Shown here: positions 40,719-51,240 of the stretch, piece by piece
How the letters are laid out: each line of letters starts with the position of its first letter
How positions within the stretch are numbered: position 1 is the first letter of the stretch
Assembly: GCA_963727485.1 (NCBI GenBank)
Contig: CAVSGM010000011.1
Location: forward strand, 32,001 to 96,000
DNA from: an uncultured delta proteobacterium
Lineage (GTDB): Bacteria; Myxococcota; Myxococcia; SLRQ01
DNA length: 64,000 nt
Direction of reading: 5' to 3'
The notes under the pieces: model-generated
What the model saw: only the letters and a program-made list of their open reading frames with translations
Databases searched by the model: none
Told to the model about the DNA's origin: nothing
Made by a program: the position numbers and the translations under genes

Positions 40719-42395
40719 GTGGACCCGAAGACCCTCGAGTACTACGAGCGCGAGGCGGCGGAGCTGGCCCGGCGCTACGAGGCCATGGAGGGGGGCGTGG
40801 CCCGGTACTTCCGCCTGGCCTTCCCCGCGGGCGGGCGGATCCTCGACCTCGGCGCCGGCACCGGCCGGGACCTGGCGGCGCTCCACGACGCGGGCCACGA
40901 GGTCTACGGGATCGAGCCCGCCGAGGCCATGCGGAAGGTGAGCCTCGAGCGCCACCCGGAGCTCGAGGGGCGCCTCGTCGCCGGGGCGCTGCCCACGGAT
41001 CTCCCGGACCCGGACGACCTCGGCGGACGCTTCGACGGGGTGCTGTGCTCGGCGGTGCTCCAGCACGTGCCCCGGGCGATGCTCTTCGAGTCGGTCTTCG
41101 CCATCCGGGGGCTCCTGGCCGACGGGGGCCGGGCCCTGGTGTCGGTGCCCGCCACGCGCCCGGGCCTCGACGGGGCGCACCGGGACGACGGCGGGCGCCT
41201 GTTCACGCCACTCACCGCTGGCGAGCTCCAGCTCCTCTTCGAGCGCGCCGGCTTCGTCACCCGGGATCGCTTCGAGGACGCCGACGGCCTCGGCCGCGCC
41301 GGGCACACCTGGACCACCTTCGTCTTCGCCCTCGACGCCGCCGGCGACACCCGGCCCCTGGACCGCATCCAGGCGGTGCTCTCCCAGGACAAGAAGGTCG
41401 CCACCTACAAGCTGGCGCTGGTGCGGGCCCTGTGTGACGTGGCCCTCACCCAGCCCCACCGGGTGCGCTGGCGTCCCGACGGCCAGGTGGCGGTGCCCTT
41501 CACCGCGGTGGCCGAGCGCTGGGTCGGCTACTACTGGCGGCTCTTCGAGGGCGAGGGCTTCCTGCCCCAGACCGCCGGCGCCTGGGGAGCGCAGGTCCAC
41601 AAGGTGGGCTTCGCGGCGCAGCTCGAGACGCTGATGGACCACTACCGGCACCGGGGCGGCCTCTCGGCCTACGTCCTCGACTACCGCGCCGACCGCCTGG
41701 ACGGGGAGGCGGCGTCGGCGAGCCGGAGGCTCCTCGCCCGGACCCGCGACGTGATCCGCAGCGGTCCGGTGACCCACGCCAAGGGCGGCACCGAGCGGCT
41801 CTTCGACCACCAGGGCGGCGACATCCTCGTCGACGCCGCCCTCTGGCGCGAGCTCTCGCTCATGGGGCACTGGGTCCAGGACGCGGTGGTTGTCCGCTGG
41901 GCCGAGAAGACGAGCCAGCTCTCCTTCGGCGAGGTGCCGGTCGCCCGGGTGGTCGATCGCCTCGGCCGGCCGGCCCTGGAGGTGAAGCGGGCCACCCAGG
42001 CCGCCCACGACATCTACGCGGCGCTCCCGGACCTCGAGTGCGTGTGGACCGGTCGCGCGCTGCGGCGCTTCGACGTCGACCACGCCATCCCCTTCTCCCT
42101 GTGGCGCAACAACGACCTGTGGAACCTCCTGCCCGCGGACCCCAGGGTGAACAACAAGAAGCGCGATCGCCTCCCCTCGCGGGCGCTGCTCTCCAAGCGC
42201 CGGGACGCGGTCCTCCGATGCTGGGACGCCACCCGGGCGGCGTCGCCACGGCGCTTCGAGGCCGAGAGCCGCGCCTTCACCGGCGTCGCCGAGGCGAGCT
42301 TCGACGAGCTGTTCCTGGTGCTCCTGGAGTCGGTCGCCGTCACCGCCGCCCAGCGCCGGGTCGGGACCTGGCCGGCGCCTGGAAGGACCGCATGA
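40719..42395 (+). CDS. Class I methyltransferase-HNH endonuclease fusion (alternative start 40701)
   Basis: RILDLGAGTGRD and FDGVLCSAVLQH; central DKKVATYKLALVRAL; C-terminal CVWTG...DVDHAIPF...NNDLWNLLP....NNKKRD. Confidence 0.85.
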   Translation: MDPKTLEYYEREAAELARRYEAMEGGVARYFRLAFPAGGRILDLGAGTGRDLAALHDAGHEVYGIEPAEAMRKVSLERHPELEGRLVAGALPTDLPDPDDLGGRFDGVLCSAVLQHVPRAMLFESVFAIRGLLADGGRALVSVPATRPGLDGAHRDDGGRLFTPLTAGELQLLFERAGFVTRDRFEDADGLGRAGHTWTTFVFALDAAGDTRPLDRIQAVLSQDKKVATYKLALVRALCDVALTQPHRVRWRPDGQVAVPFTAVAERWVGYYWRLFEGEGFLPQTAGAWGAQVHKVGFAAQLETLMDHYRHRGGLSAYVLDYRADRLDGEAASASRRLLARTRDVIRSGPVTHAKGGTERLFDHQGGDILVDAALWRELSLMGHWVQDAVVVRWAEKTSQLSFGEVPVARVVDRLGRPALEVKRATQAAHDIYAALPDLECVWTGRALRRFDVDHAIPFSLWRNNDLWNLLPADPRVNNKKRDRLPSRALLSKRRDAVLRCWDATRAASPRRFEAESRAFTGVAEASFDELFLVLLESVAVTAAQRRVGTWPAPGRTA

Positions 42396-42544
42396 ACGAC
42401 GTGCATCTCCTCGAGGCCATCGCCGGGCTCGAGGACTGGCTGGTGGTGCCGGGCCTCGTGAGCCTCCGCGACGGCATCGAGACCCTGTGCCCCCTCGGCG
42501 AGGCCGAGCGGGTGGCCTTCGCGCGGGATGAGGCCTCTCACTGA
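42392..42544 (+). CDS. Small hypothetical protein or gene fragment (50 aa)
   Basis: ATGA overlap with the HNH gene stop; GGAAGG upstream. Confidence 0.35.
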   Translation: MNDVHLLEAIAGLEDWLVVPGLVSLRDGIETLCPLGEAERVAFARDEASH

Positions 42545-42701
42545 GGTATGATCCCGATATGGTTCGGCCATGTCGGGAGGATGGGAGCCGGAGGCTGGCG
42601 CAGCTGGTGGCGCTGGTGCTCCTCCTAGGGCTGCGCGGTGAGGGTCGGCGGCCCGCCGGGGCCCCCGGGGCCGGGCGGCGGGGGCGGCCGGCGTCGACTA
42701 C

Positions 42702-43979
42702 GTGGTCGAGGTGCCGGGGGACTGGCCCATCGAGCTCCTGGCGCCGGACCAGACGGTGGCGGCGAAGGCCAACGGGCCCGGCAGCACCCCGACCCCCGTC
42801 CTCGCGTTCACCCCGGGCCTCGCGGGCACCTGGCACCTCCGGCTCGGAGACGGGGCCGACAGCCGCACCGACACCTATACCGTGCGCATCGATCCCAAGG
42901 CGCCGAACCTCCAGGCACGGTCGCCGAGCCCCGGCGGCTCGCTGGCCGCCCTGGCCGGGGGGTTCTACTCGGTGACGGCCTCGGTGAAGAACGCCGGGTT
43001 CCTCGACAGCGGCGCCTACCAGGTGTCCTTCGTCGCCTCGACCGACACCGTCCTCGACGCCGGCGACCAGACGCTCCTCACCGAGACCCGGCCGAGCCTC
43101 GCCCCGGGGGCCCGGGACGACCTTGCCCTCGACCTGCCAATCCCGGCCACCCTTGCCCCCGGGACCTGGCAGCTCCTCGTCGTCGCCGACCCGGCGAACC
43201 AGGTGGTGGAGACCGACGAGACCGACAACGTCAGCCCGCCTCTGGCGCTCCAGGTCCAGGCGCCCCTCTGCGCCCCGGACGGATACGAGGAGGACGACAC
43301 CCTCGCTGACGCCAACCCCGTGACCCTGGGCACGCCCCAGACCCACAACCAGTGCGACGACGGGATGGACTGGGTGCGCTTCGACGCCACCGCCGGGGCC
43401 GGGTACCTGGTGCAGATGAACTTCAGCACCGTCGCCGTATCGGATCGGGCGTCGGCCTACGACGCCTCGGGCACCCTGATCGCCGGGCCCGCCGTCGCCC
43501 GGGCCCCGGGGTTCTGGTTCCAGGCGACCGCCACCGGGCCCTGTGAGCTCGAGCTCGGCCAGTCCCGCTGGGGCAGCACCTACGGCTCCGACAGCGGCGC
43601 CTACACCCTCCAGGTCGACCGCTGCGACGCCGACGCCTACGAGCCCGACGACATCGTGGCCGACGCGGCGCCCATCGCCGTGGGCGACACCCAGCAGCAC
43701 AACGCCTGCGACGCAGCGCACCCCGACTGGCAGGTCTTCGACGCCACCGCCGGCACCACCTACACCGTGAGCACGGGGGTGGTGGGCCCGGCCATCGACA
43801 CCGTCGTCACCCTCGAGAACGCCACGGGCGCGGTGCTGGCCACCAACGACGACGCCAAGCACAACAGCCGCTACTCGCTGGCCACCTGGACCGCGACCTA
43901 CACCGGCAAGGTCTACGTGAAGGTCGACGCCAAGGCCGGGGGCGGGATCAACTCCGACTACACCGTGACCCTCCAGTAG
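42702..43979 (+). CDS. Surface protein with CARDB and PPC-like domains; the N-terminal signal region (~42560-42700) appears frameshifted
   Basis: PNLQ...VKNAG...PGTWQLLVVADPANQVVETDETDN (CARDB); DGYEEDDT and DAYEPDD; DWVRF..TAG; LATNDD. Confidence 0.75.
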   Translation: MVEVPGDWPIELLAPDQTVAAKANGPGSTPTPVLAFTPGLAGTWHLRLGDGADSRTDTYTVRIDPKAPNLQARSPSPGGSLAALAGGFYSVTASVKNAGFLDSGAYQVSFVASTDTVLDAGDQTLLTETRPSLAPGARDDLALDLPIPATLAPGTWQLLVVADPANQVVETDETDNVSPPLALQVQAPLCAPDGYEEDDTLADANPVTLGTPQTHNQCDDGMDWVRFDATAGAGYLVQMNFSTVAVSDRASAYDASGTLIAGPAVARAPGFWFQATATGPCELELGQSRWGSTYGSDSGAYTLQVDRCDADAYEPDDIVADAAPIAVGDTQQHNACDAAHPDWQVFDATAGTTYTVSTGVVGPAIDTVVTLENATGAVLATNDDAKHNSRYSLATWTATYTGKVYVKVDAKAGGGINSDYTVTLQ

Positions 43980-44001
43980 CGCCGGGGCCGCGGCGCGTCC
44001 C

Positions 44002-44104
44002 TCACCGCCTCGCCGGCGCCGTCGGACAGCGGCACCACCTGGGGCTCGTGGGGGTAGGGGCCGGCGACCCCCATCAGGTCGCGGTGGTTCAGGGAGCAGG
44101 CGGG
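44002..44104 (-). pseudogene. Remnant of an MDR-family NAD(P)-dependent alcohol dehydrogenase
   Basis: Isolated ACSLNHRDLMGVAGPY....VVPLSDGAGEAV matches the SLNYRDL...PLSDGAGEV motif; the rest of the gene is absent. Confidence 0.6.
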
Positions 44105-44127
44105 GGGCGGGACGCGCGCGGTGCCCG

Positions 44128-45656
<1,529 letters not shown>

Positions 45657-45663
45657 GGCCGGA

Positions 45664-46392
45664 TCAGGCCCCGTCGAGCTCGGGGTAGTGGCGGAAGAGG
45701 CCCATCTCGTTGAAGGGCAGGCGCCGGTCGGAGGCGAGGTAGGCGGCGACCCTGGGCAGCGCCTCGACCCGATCGGCGAGGGCCACCAGGCCCGGGGTGT
45801 CCTCCGCGACCGCGGCGAAGCGCTCGGGGAAGGCGTAGGCGAGGCCGCGCACCACCTGGAACACCGAGAGGTCCACGTAGCTGGCCGCCTCGCCCACCAG
45901 GTAGCGCCCGCCGTTCTGCGCCAGGGCCCGCTCGAAGAAGCCGAGGTACTTGGGCATCCGCGCCTCGCGGAAGTGGGCGGCCCGGGCCTTGGCGGCCTCC
46001 CGCTGCTCCTCGTAGTACTGCGCCGAGGAGATCGGGTGGTGGGTGTCGTGGGTCTCGTCGACCAGGTCGGCGACGGTGAGCTGGAGCTGCATCGCGTGGA
46101 GGCGCCCGGCCTCGTCCTCGGGCGCCAGGGCGTGGCGCTCGCCGAGGTAGCGGCAGAGGTTCGGGCTCTGGGAGATCACCAGCGCCCCGTGGCGCAGCAT
46201 CGGCACCGCGAAGCCCGGGGTCTGGCCCGTGTCCTCGAGGATGGCGCGCAGCGCGGCGATGCCCCCGCCCTCGGACTCGGGCACCCGGGCCAGGTCGACG
46301 TAGTCGGCGCCGGCGGCCTCGAGGACCAGGCGCGGGAACTCGCCGCGCCCCTGGATGCCGGGCCAGTAGAAGAGCTCATAGGTCGCAGTCAT
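45664..46392 (-). CDS. Glutathione S-transferase
   Basis: YELFYWPGIQGRGEFPRL, FAVPML..G.LVISQ, SYVDLSVFQ. Confidence 0.9.
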   Translation of the reverse strand: MTATYELFYWPGIQGRGEFPRLVLEAAGADYVDLARVPESEGGGIAALRAILEDTGQTPGFAVPMLRHGALVISQSPNLCRYLGERHALAPEDEAGRLHAMQLQLTVADLVDETHDTHHPISSAQYYEEQREAAKARAAHFREARMPKYLGFFERALAQNGGRYLVGEAASYVDLSVFQVVRGLAYAFPERFAAVAEDTPGLVALADRVEALPRVAAYLASDRRLPFNEMGLFRHYPELDGA

Positions 46393-46448
46393 GGGCGGCA
46401 GTGTGCCGCCGCTTCCGGCGGCGCGCCAGGGGCGGTACCCTCCCGGCC

Positions 46449-46904
46449 ATGGCCGGATCCTCTCCACGGGGCGCCCTGGTCGGGCTCCGGGCCGGCGCCA
46501 TGACCGGCGCCGCCAGCGTGGCCCTCACCCTGGGCATCATGACCGCCCTGGTGCTCCTCGGGGGCGCCGACCTCCAGCGCGACCTGATCGGAGCCCACTG
46601 GATGCGCCACGTGGTGATCGCCGCCGGGGTCGGCGCCGGGGTCGGGGTGGTCCTCGGGGGGATCGTGGGCGCCGTCCTGGGGCGCCTGGGCCAGGGACCC
46701 ATGTCCGGCGCCATCGCCGGTGGCGTCCTGGCCCTGGCCGCCGCCACCGTCGTCTACCAGGTGCGCCTCCACGCCCCCCTCGAGGACGTGCTCCTCGCCG
46801 GCGCCGGGGCCGCCGCGGTGGGCGCCGCCGTGGGGATCGTGGTGTGGCTCCCCTTCAGCCTCGTCGCGGGCGTGCGGTCGCTCCTCCGCCGCCAGGGCCG
46901 GTAG
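46449..46904 (+). CDS. Hypothetical membrane protein (about 4 Gly/Ala-rich TM helices)
   Basis: Hydrophobic helices; divergent from the GST gene. Confidence 0.55.
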   Translation: MAGSSPRGALVGLRAGAMTGAASVALTLGIMTALVLLGGADLQRDLIGAHWMRHVVIAAGVGAGVGVVLGGIVGAVLGRLGQGPMSGAIAGGVLALAAATVVYQVRLHAPLEDVLLAGAGAAAVGAAVGIVVWLPFSLVAGVRSLLRRQGR

Positions 46905-48070
46905 CCGCCGGGGCGCTGGCCGATCGCTCCCTCGACGACCTCGCCGCCGAGCTCGGGGTCACCAGCCGGCACCTGCGCCGCGCCTTCCGCGCCGAGCTCG
47001 GGGTCTCCCCGGTGGCCTTCGCCCAGTCCACGCGCCTGGCGCTGGCCAAGCAGCTCCTCCAGGACACGGCGCGGCCGGTGACCGAGGTCGCCTTCGCCGC
47101 GGGCTTCGGGAGCGTGCGTCGGTTCAACGCCGTGTTCCGCGACCGCTTCGGCCGGCCGCCCTCGGCGGTCCGCCGGGGCGCCGCCGCCCCGGGCGACGCC
47201 GTGCCCCTCGCCCTCGGCTACCGCCCGCCCTTCGACTGGGCAGGGCTCCTCGCGTTCTTCGCCAGTCACGCCACCCCCGGGGTGGTGGCGGTCGATGGCG
47301 ACGCCTGCTGCCGCACCGTGCGCCTCGGCGCCCACACCGGCTGGATCGCGGCGCGCCCGCTCCCGGGGCGGGACGCCCTTGGGGTGGAGGTGAGCCCCTC
47401 GCTCCTGCCGGTGCTCCTGCCCCTCTCCGGGCGCCTGCGCCGGCTCTTCGACCTCGATGCCCGCCCCGACGCGGTGGCCGCCTGGCTCGCCCGGGACCCG
47501 GTCCTGCGCCCCCTGGTGCGCCGGCGCCCCGGCGTGCGCATCCCCGGCGCCTTCGATCCCTTCGAGCTCGCCTGGCGCGCGGTCCTGGGCCAGCAGGTGA
47601 GCGTCCGCGCCGGCACCACCCTCGCCGGCCGCTTCGTCCAACGCTTCGGCACGCCCCTCGTCACGCCGGTGCCCGGCCTCACCCACCTGCCTCCCACCGC
47701 GGAGAGGGTCGCCGCGGCGCGCGCCTCGGAGATCGCCGCCCTGGGGATGCCCGGTCGCCGCGCCGCCACCGTCTCCGCCCTGGCCGCCGCCGTCGCCGGC
47801 GGCACGGTGCCGCTCGCCCCGGGGACCGACCCCGAGCGCGCCGCCGCGGCACTCCAGGCGCTCCCGGGGATCGGCCCCTGGACCGCCCAGTACGTGGCGA
47901 TGCGCGCCCTCGGCGCCCCCGACGCCTTCCCCCCGGGGGACCTCGGGCTCCGCCGGGCCCTCGGCGGCGTCGACGCCCGGACCCTCGCCGCCCGTGCCGA
48001 GGGCTGGCGCCCCTGGCGCGCCTACGCCGCCGTCCACCTCTGGCAGCTCGCCGCCGAGGAGGTCCGATGA
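46904..48070 (+). pseudogene. alkA: Ada-AlkA fusion (AraC HTH, AlkA_N and HhH-GPD glycosylase) lacking the N-terminal Ada Zn domain and start codon
   Basis: [71 protein letters not shown]; homology starts abruptly at the upstream stop. Confidence 0.8.
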
Positions 48071-48570
48071 CCCCCCGCTACACCTGGCTCGACAGCCCCC
48101 TGGGCCGCCTGCGTCTCGTCGACCACGGACGGGGCCTCGCCGGTCTCGACTTCGCCGACCGCCTCGCGGCTCCCGCCGACGGCTGGTGCGAGGACCCGGC
48201 GCCCTTCGCCGAGGTCGCCCGCCAGCTCGCCGCCTACTTCGCCGGCGAGCGGCGGACCTTCGACGTCCCCCTCGACCTGAAGGGGACGCCGTTCCAGCGA
48301 GAGGTGTGGCAGGCGCTGACGGAGATCCCCTTCGGCGCCACCGAGCGCTACGGGGCCCTGGCCGCCCGCCTCGGCCGCCCCGGTGCCTCACGGGCGGTGG
48401 GCGCCGCCAACGGCCACAACCCGGTGGCGATCCTCGTGCCCTGCCACCGGGTGGTCGACGCGAACGGCCGCCTCGCGGGGTACGCGGGCGGCCTCGAGCG
48501 CAAGCGCTGGCTGCTGAAGCACGAGCAGCGCTACGCGCCGGGGGTCATGCCCAGCTCGCTCTTCCAGTAG
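48067..48570 (+). CDS. ogt: Methylated-DNA-protein-cysteine methyltransferase
   Basis: [36 protein letters not shown]. Confidence 0.95.
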   Translation: MTPRYTWLDSPLGRLRLVDHGRGLAGLDFADRLAAPADGWCEDPAPFAEVARQLAAYFAGERRTFDVPLDLKGTPFQREVWQALTEIPFGATERYGALAARLGRPGASRAVGAANGHNPVAILVPCHRVVDANGRLAGYAGGLERKRWLLKHEQRYAPGVMPSSLFQ

Positions 48571-49574
48571 CGCTCGATTTGCCCGACCGTGCGCTTCGGC
48601 AGGGGCACGTAGTCGAGCTGCTCCGCCTGCGGCTGCCCCTGGGTGAGGAACCACTTGCAGAAGTGGAGGACCTTGGCGTTCTCCGCCTTGGCGGTGTCCT
48701 TGCGCATCAGGATGTAGGTGGCGGCGGTGATGGGCCAGCTCTGCGCGCCCGGCTGGTCGGTGAGGATGAGGTAGAAGTCCTTGGTCTTGGTGAAGTCGGC
48801 GTTCGCCGCGGCGGCCTGGAAGGTCTTCATCGCCGGCGACACCCGGTGGCCGGCCCGGTTCACCATCCGGGTGTAGGTGAGGTGGGTCTTGAGGGTGTAG
48901 GCGTACTCGACGTAGCCGATGGCGCCCTTGACCTGCTGCACGTACGAGGCCACGCCGGCGTTGCCCTTGCCCCCGATGCCCACGGGCCACTGCACCGCGG
49001 TGTTGGAGCCGACCTTCGACTTCCAGGCGGGGCTGACCTTGGAGAGGTAGTTGGTGAAGTTGAAGGTGGTGCCCGAGCCGTCGGCGCGGTGGACCACGGT
49101 GATGCCCATGGCCGGGAGCTTCACCTTGGGGTTGAGCTTCTGGATCCGGGCGTCGTTCCACTTGGTGATCCTGCCGAGGTAGATGTCGGCGAGGGCGGGG
49201 CCGTCGAGGAAGAGCTGGCCGGCGTTGACGCCCGGGAGGTGGACCACCGGGGTGATGCCGATGATCACCGCCGGGAACTGCACCATGCCCTGGGCGGCGA
49301 GCTTCTCGGGGGTCAGGGGCATGTCCGAGTTGGCGAAGGGCACCGTCTTGTTCGTGATCTGGCGGATGCCGCCCCCGGAGCCGATGGCCTGGTAGTTCAC
49401 GGCCACGCCGGTCTGCTTCCGGTAGGAGACGGCCCACTTGGCCAGCACCGGGTAGATGGCGGTGCCCCCGGCGCCGTTGAGGGTCTCGCCGGCGAGGGCG
49501 GCGGTGCCGGCGGCCGCGGTGGCGGCGACGGCGAGGGCGGCGACGAGGGCGCCGAAGGGCTTGGAGCGAAGCAT
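48531..49574 (-). CDS. pstS: Phosphate ABC transporter substrate-binding protein
   Basis: [60 protein letters not shown]. Confidence 0.95.
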   Translation of the reverse strand: MLRSKPFGALVAALAVAATAAAGTAALAGETLNGAGGTAIYPVLAKWAVSYRKQTGVAVNYQAIGSGGGIRQITNKTVPFANSDMPLTPEKLAAQGMVQFPAVIIGITPVVHLPGVNAGQLFLDGPALADIYLGRITKWNDARIQKLNPKVKLPAMGITVVHRADGSGTTFNFTNYLSKVSPAWKSKVGSNTAVQWPVGIGGKGNAGVASYVQQVKGAIGYVEYAYTLKTHLTYTRMVNRAGHRVSPAMKTFQAAAANADFTKTKDFYLILTDQPGAQSWPITAATYILMRKDTAKAENAKVLHFCKWFLTQGQPQAEQLDYVPLPKRTVGQIERYWKSELGMTPGA

Positions 49575-49659
49575 GGTCACGTCCTTTCGCGACGAGGTCG
49601 TTGGGGCGATGCCGGGGCCGGACGGCGCCCGGGTGCCTCGCAGGGTGTAGAGGGTCCGT

Positions 49660-49699
49660 GTGGCCGGCAGGTGACGGGCGCATGCGGGGGCTGTGACGA
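49660..49699 (-). promoter_or_regulatory. Tandem Pho boxes upstream of pstS
   Basis: Minus strand GTCAC, CGCAT, GTCAC and GCCAC at an exact 11-bp period, followed by a -10-like TACACC. Confidence 0.65.
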
Positions 49700-49893
49700 T
49701 GCGCGGAGCGCGCCGCGGCGAGCGTCGCGCGCTCCACGGCAGCTGGGTGTCGCCCCCGAAGACCCCCGAGGCCTTCCAGGCCCTCGTCGCCCGGGCGGGG
49801 CCCACCTTCGAGGCCCTGGCGATCCGCCGGCATGAGGGCCGACCCCGGGCGGGCGCCGGAGATCCTTCGGCCCCCTCGGGCGTAGGGGACCCC

Positions 49894-51240
49894 ATGCGTG
49901 CTCCTGTGCTCAAGGTGGCCCTCGCCCTCGCCGCTGCGCTCCTGCTCCCCGCGTCCGCCCGCGCCGCCGGGCCCGTGCCCGCCGACGGCTGCCCCACGGC
50001 GACGAAGGCGGGGCACTGGGCCCGGATCCCGCCGATGCCCGGCCGGTCGCCGCGGCCCGCGCGCGTCACCGGGGAACCGACCCAGCCGCCCTGGCGGACG
50101 GTCTTCGCCCTCGGCCGCCTCTACGTGTTCACCGCAGGGGGCCATGGCCTCGCCTTCGACCCCTGCCGGGGCGCGTGGGCCCGGTTCCCCTCGCCAACGA
50201 CCCCGGCGCCGCCGGCGCACGCCTCGCCGGATCCCGATCCCGCCCTCGACTCCGAGATGGCCCTGGCCCCCACGGCCTACTGGCACCTGGTCCCCGAGCT
50301 CCGGCGCTCCGCGGGCACCCGGGGCCACCCCCTGCAGGTCTTCGACGGGGCGGTGGTCAAGCTCCGTCGGCGCGTGCACCTCACCGCCGCCGGGGCGCCG
50401 GCACCCCGCGCGCCCCGAAGCTACGTCCTCGCCGCCGCCGGTGACCGGGTGATCGTCTGGGGTGGGCGCACCGCCTCCGGGCTGACCAACCGCGGCGCGG
50501 TCTTCGACGCGAAGACCCGGCGGTGGCGGCCGATGACCACCGCGGGCGCCCCGTCCCCCCGGGAGTCGGTGAGGGTGGTCTGGTGGACGGGGCGGCGCCT
50601 GGTGGTCTGGGGCGGCCGGGACGCGGCGGGCGCCCGCACCGACGGCGCCGCCTACGACCCGGTCCGGGACCGCTGGCGCGCCCTCCCCGCTGCCGGCGCG
50701 CCGACCACCCGGACGGTCCCTGGCGTCGCCGTGGCCTCCGGCCGTCGCCTCGTCGTCCTCCCGGCGCCCGGCGGCGACCCGGCGACCGGGGGGGTCTACG
50801 ATCGGGTGACGAACCGCTGGCGGCCGGTGGCGCCGCCCCAGGGGACATGGCCGGGGTACGAGACGCAGATCCACCGCGACGGCCCCCGGCGCCTGGTGTT
50901 CGCCGACGTCCAGAACCGGCGCCTCGAGGTCCTGGACCTGACGACCGGGCGGTGGACCGGGGTGCCCTTCGCCGGCGCCCACCTCTCCCCGCGGACGATG
51001 CCGGCGATCCACTGGACCGGGGCGCGCCTGGTGGTCTTCGGGGGCGTCGATCGGAAGATGGTGAGCCCCGGCGGCGGCTGCGGGGGACCAAGGCCCCCTG
51101 GCATGGGCTGCGACCCGGTGCCGCCCATCTTCCTCCGCGTCGTCCGCCGCGACGGGGCGATTTACCGCCCTCGACCCCCAGGTCGGGGGGCCGGCCGACC
51201 GGCAAAGCCTACGGCTGCACCTGGCTCTCCTCATAGGTGA
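49894..51240 (+). CDS. Secreted Kelch-like beta-propeller protein
   Basis: Signal peptide; repeated (V/I)VWGG...GA.(F/Y)DP...RWR...GAP. Confidence 0.78.
   Translation: MRAPVLKVALALAAALLLPASARAAGPVPADGCPTATKAGHWARIPPMPGRSPRPARVTGEPTQPPWRTVFALGRLYVFTAGGHGLAFDPCRGAWARFPSPTTPAPPAHASPDPDPALDSEMALAPTAYWHLVPELRRSAGTRGHPLQVFDGAVVKLRRRVHLTAAGAPAPRAPRSYVLAAAGDRVIVWGGRTASGLTNRGAVFDAKTRRWRPMTTAGAPSPRESVRVVWWTGRRLVVWGGRDAAGARTDGAAYDPVRDRWRALPAAGAPTTRTVPGVAVASGRRLVVLPAPGGDPATGGVYDRVTNRWRPVAPPQGTWPGYETQIHRDGPRRLVFADVQNRRLEVLDLTTGRWTGVPFAGAHLSPRTMPAIHWTGARLVVFGGVDRKMVSPGGGCGGPRPPGMGCDPVPPIFLRVVRRDGAIYRPRPPGRGAGRPAKPTAAPGSPHR

Noticed and set aside
40617..43862. Very long ORFs on alternative frames or strands (e.g. 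40617..43862 -, 13703..16945 -, 48388..51234 -, 31477..34050 -)
   Set aside because: Shadow ORFs caused by high GC; Arg/Gly/Pro-rich, no motifs, and they overlap well-supported genes.
46391..46903. N-terminal 170 aa of the 559-aa ORF as part of AlkA
   Set aside because: Off-frame read-through of the membrane-protein gene; Arg/Pro-rich with no Ada cysteine motifs.
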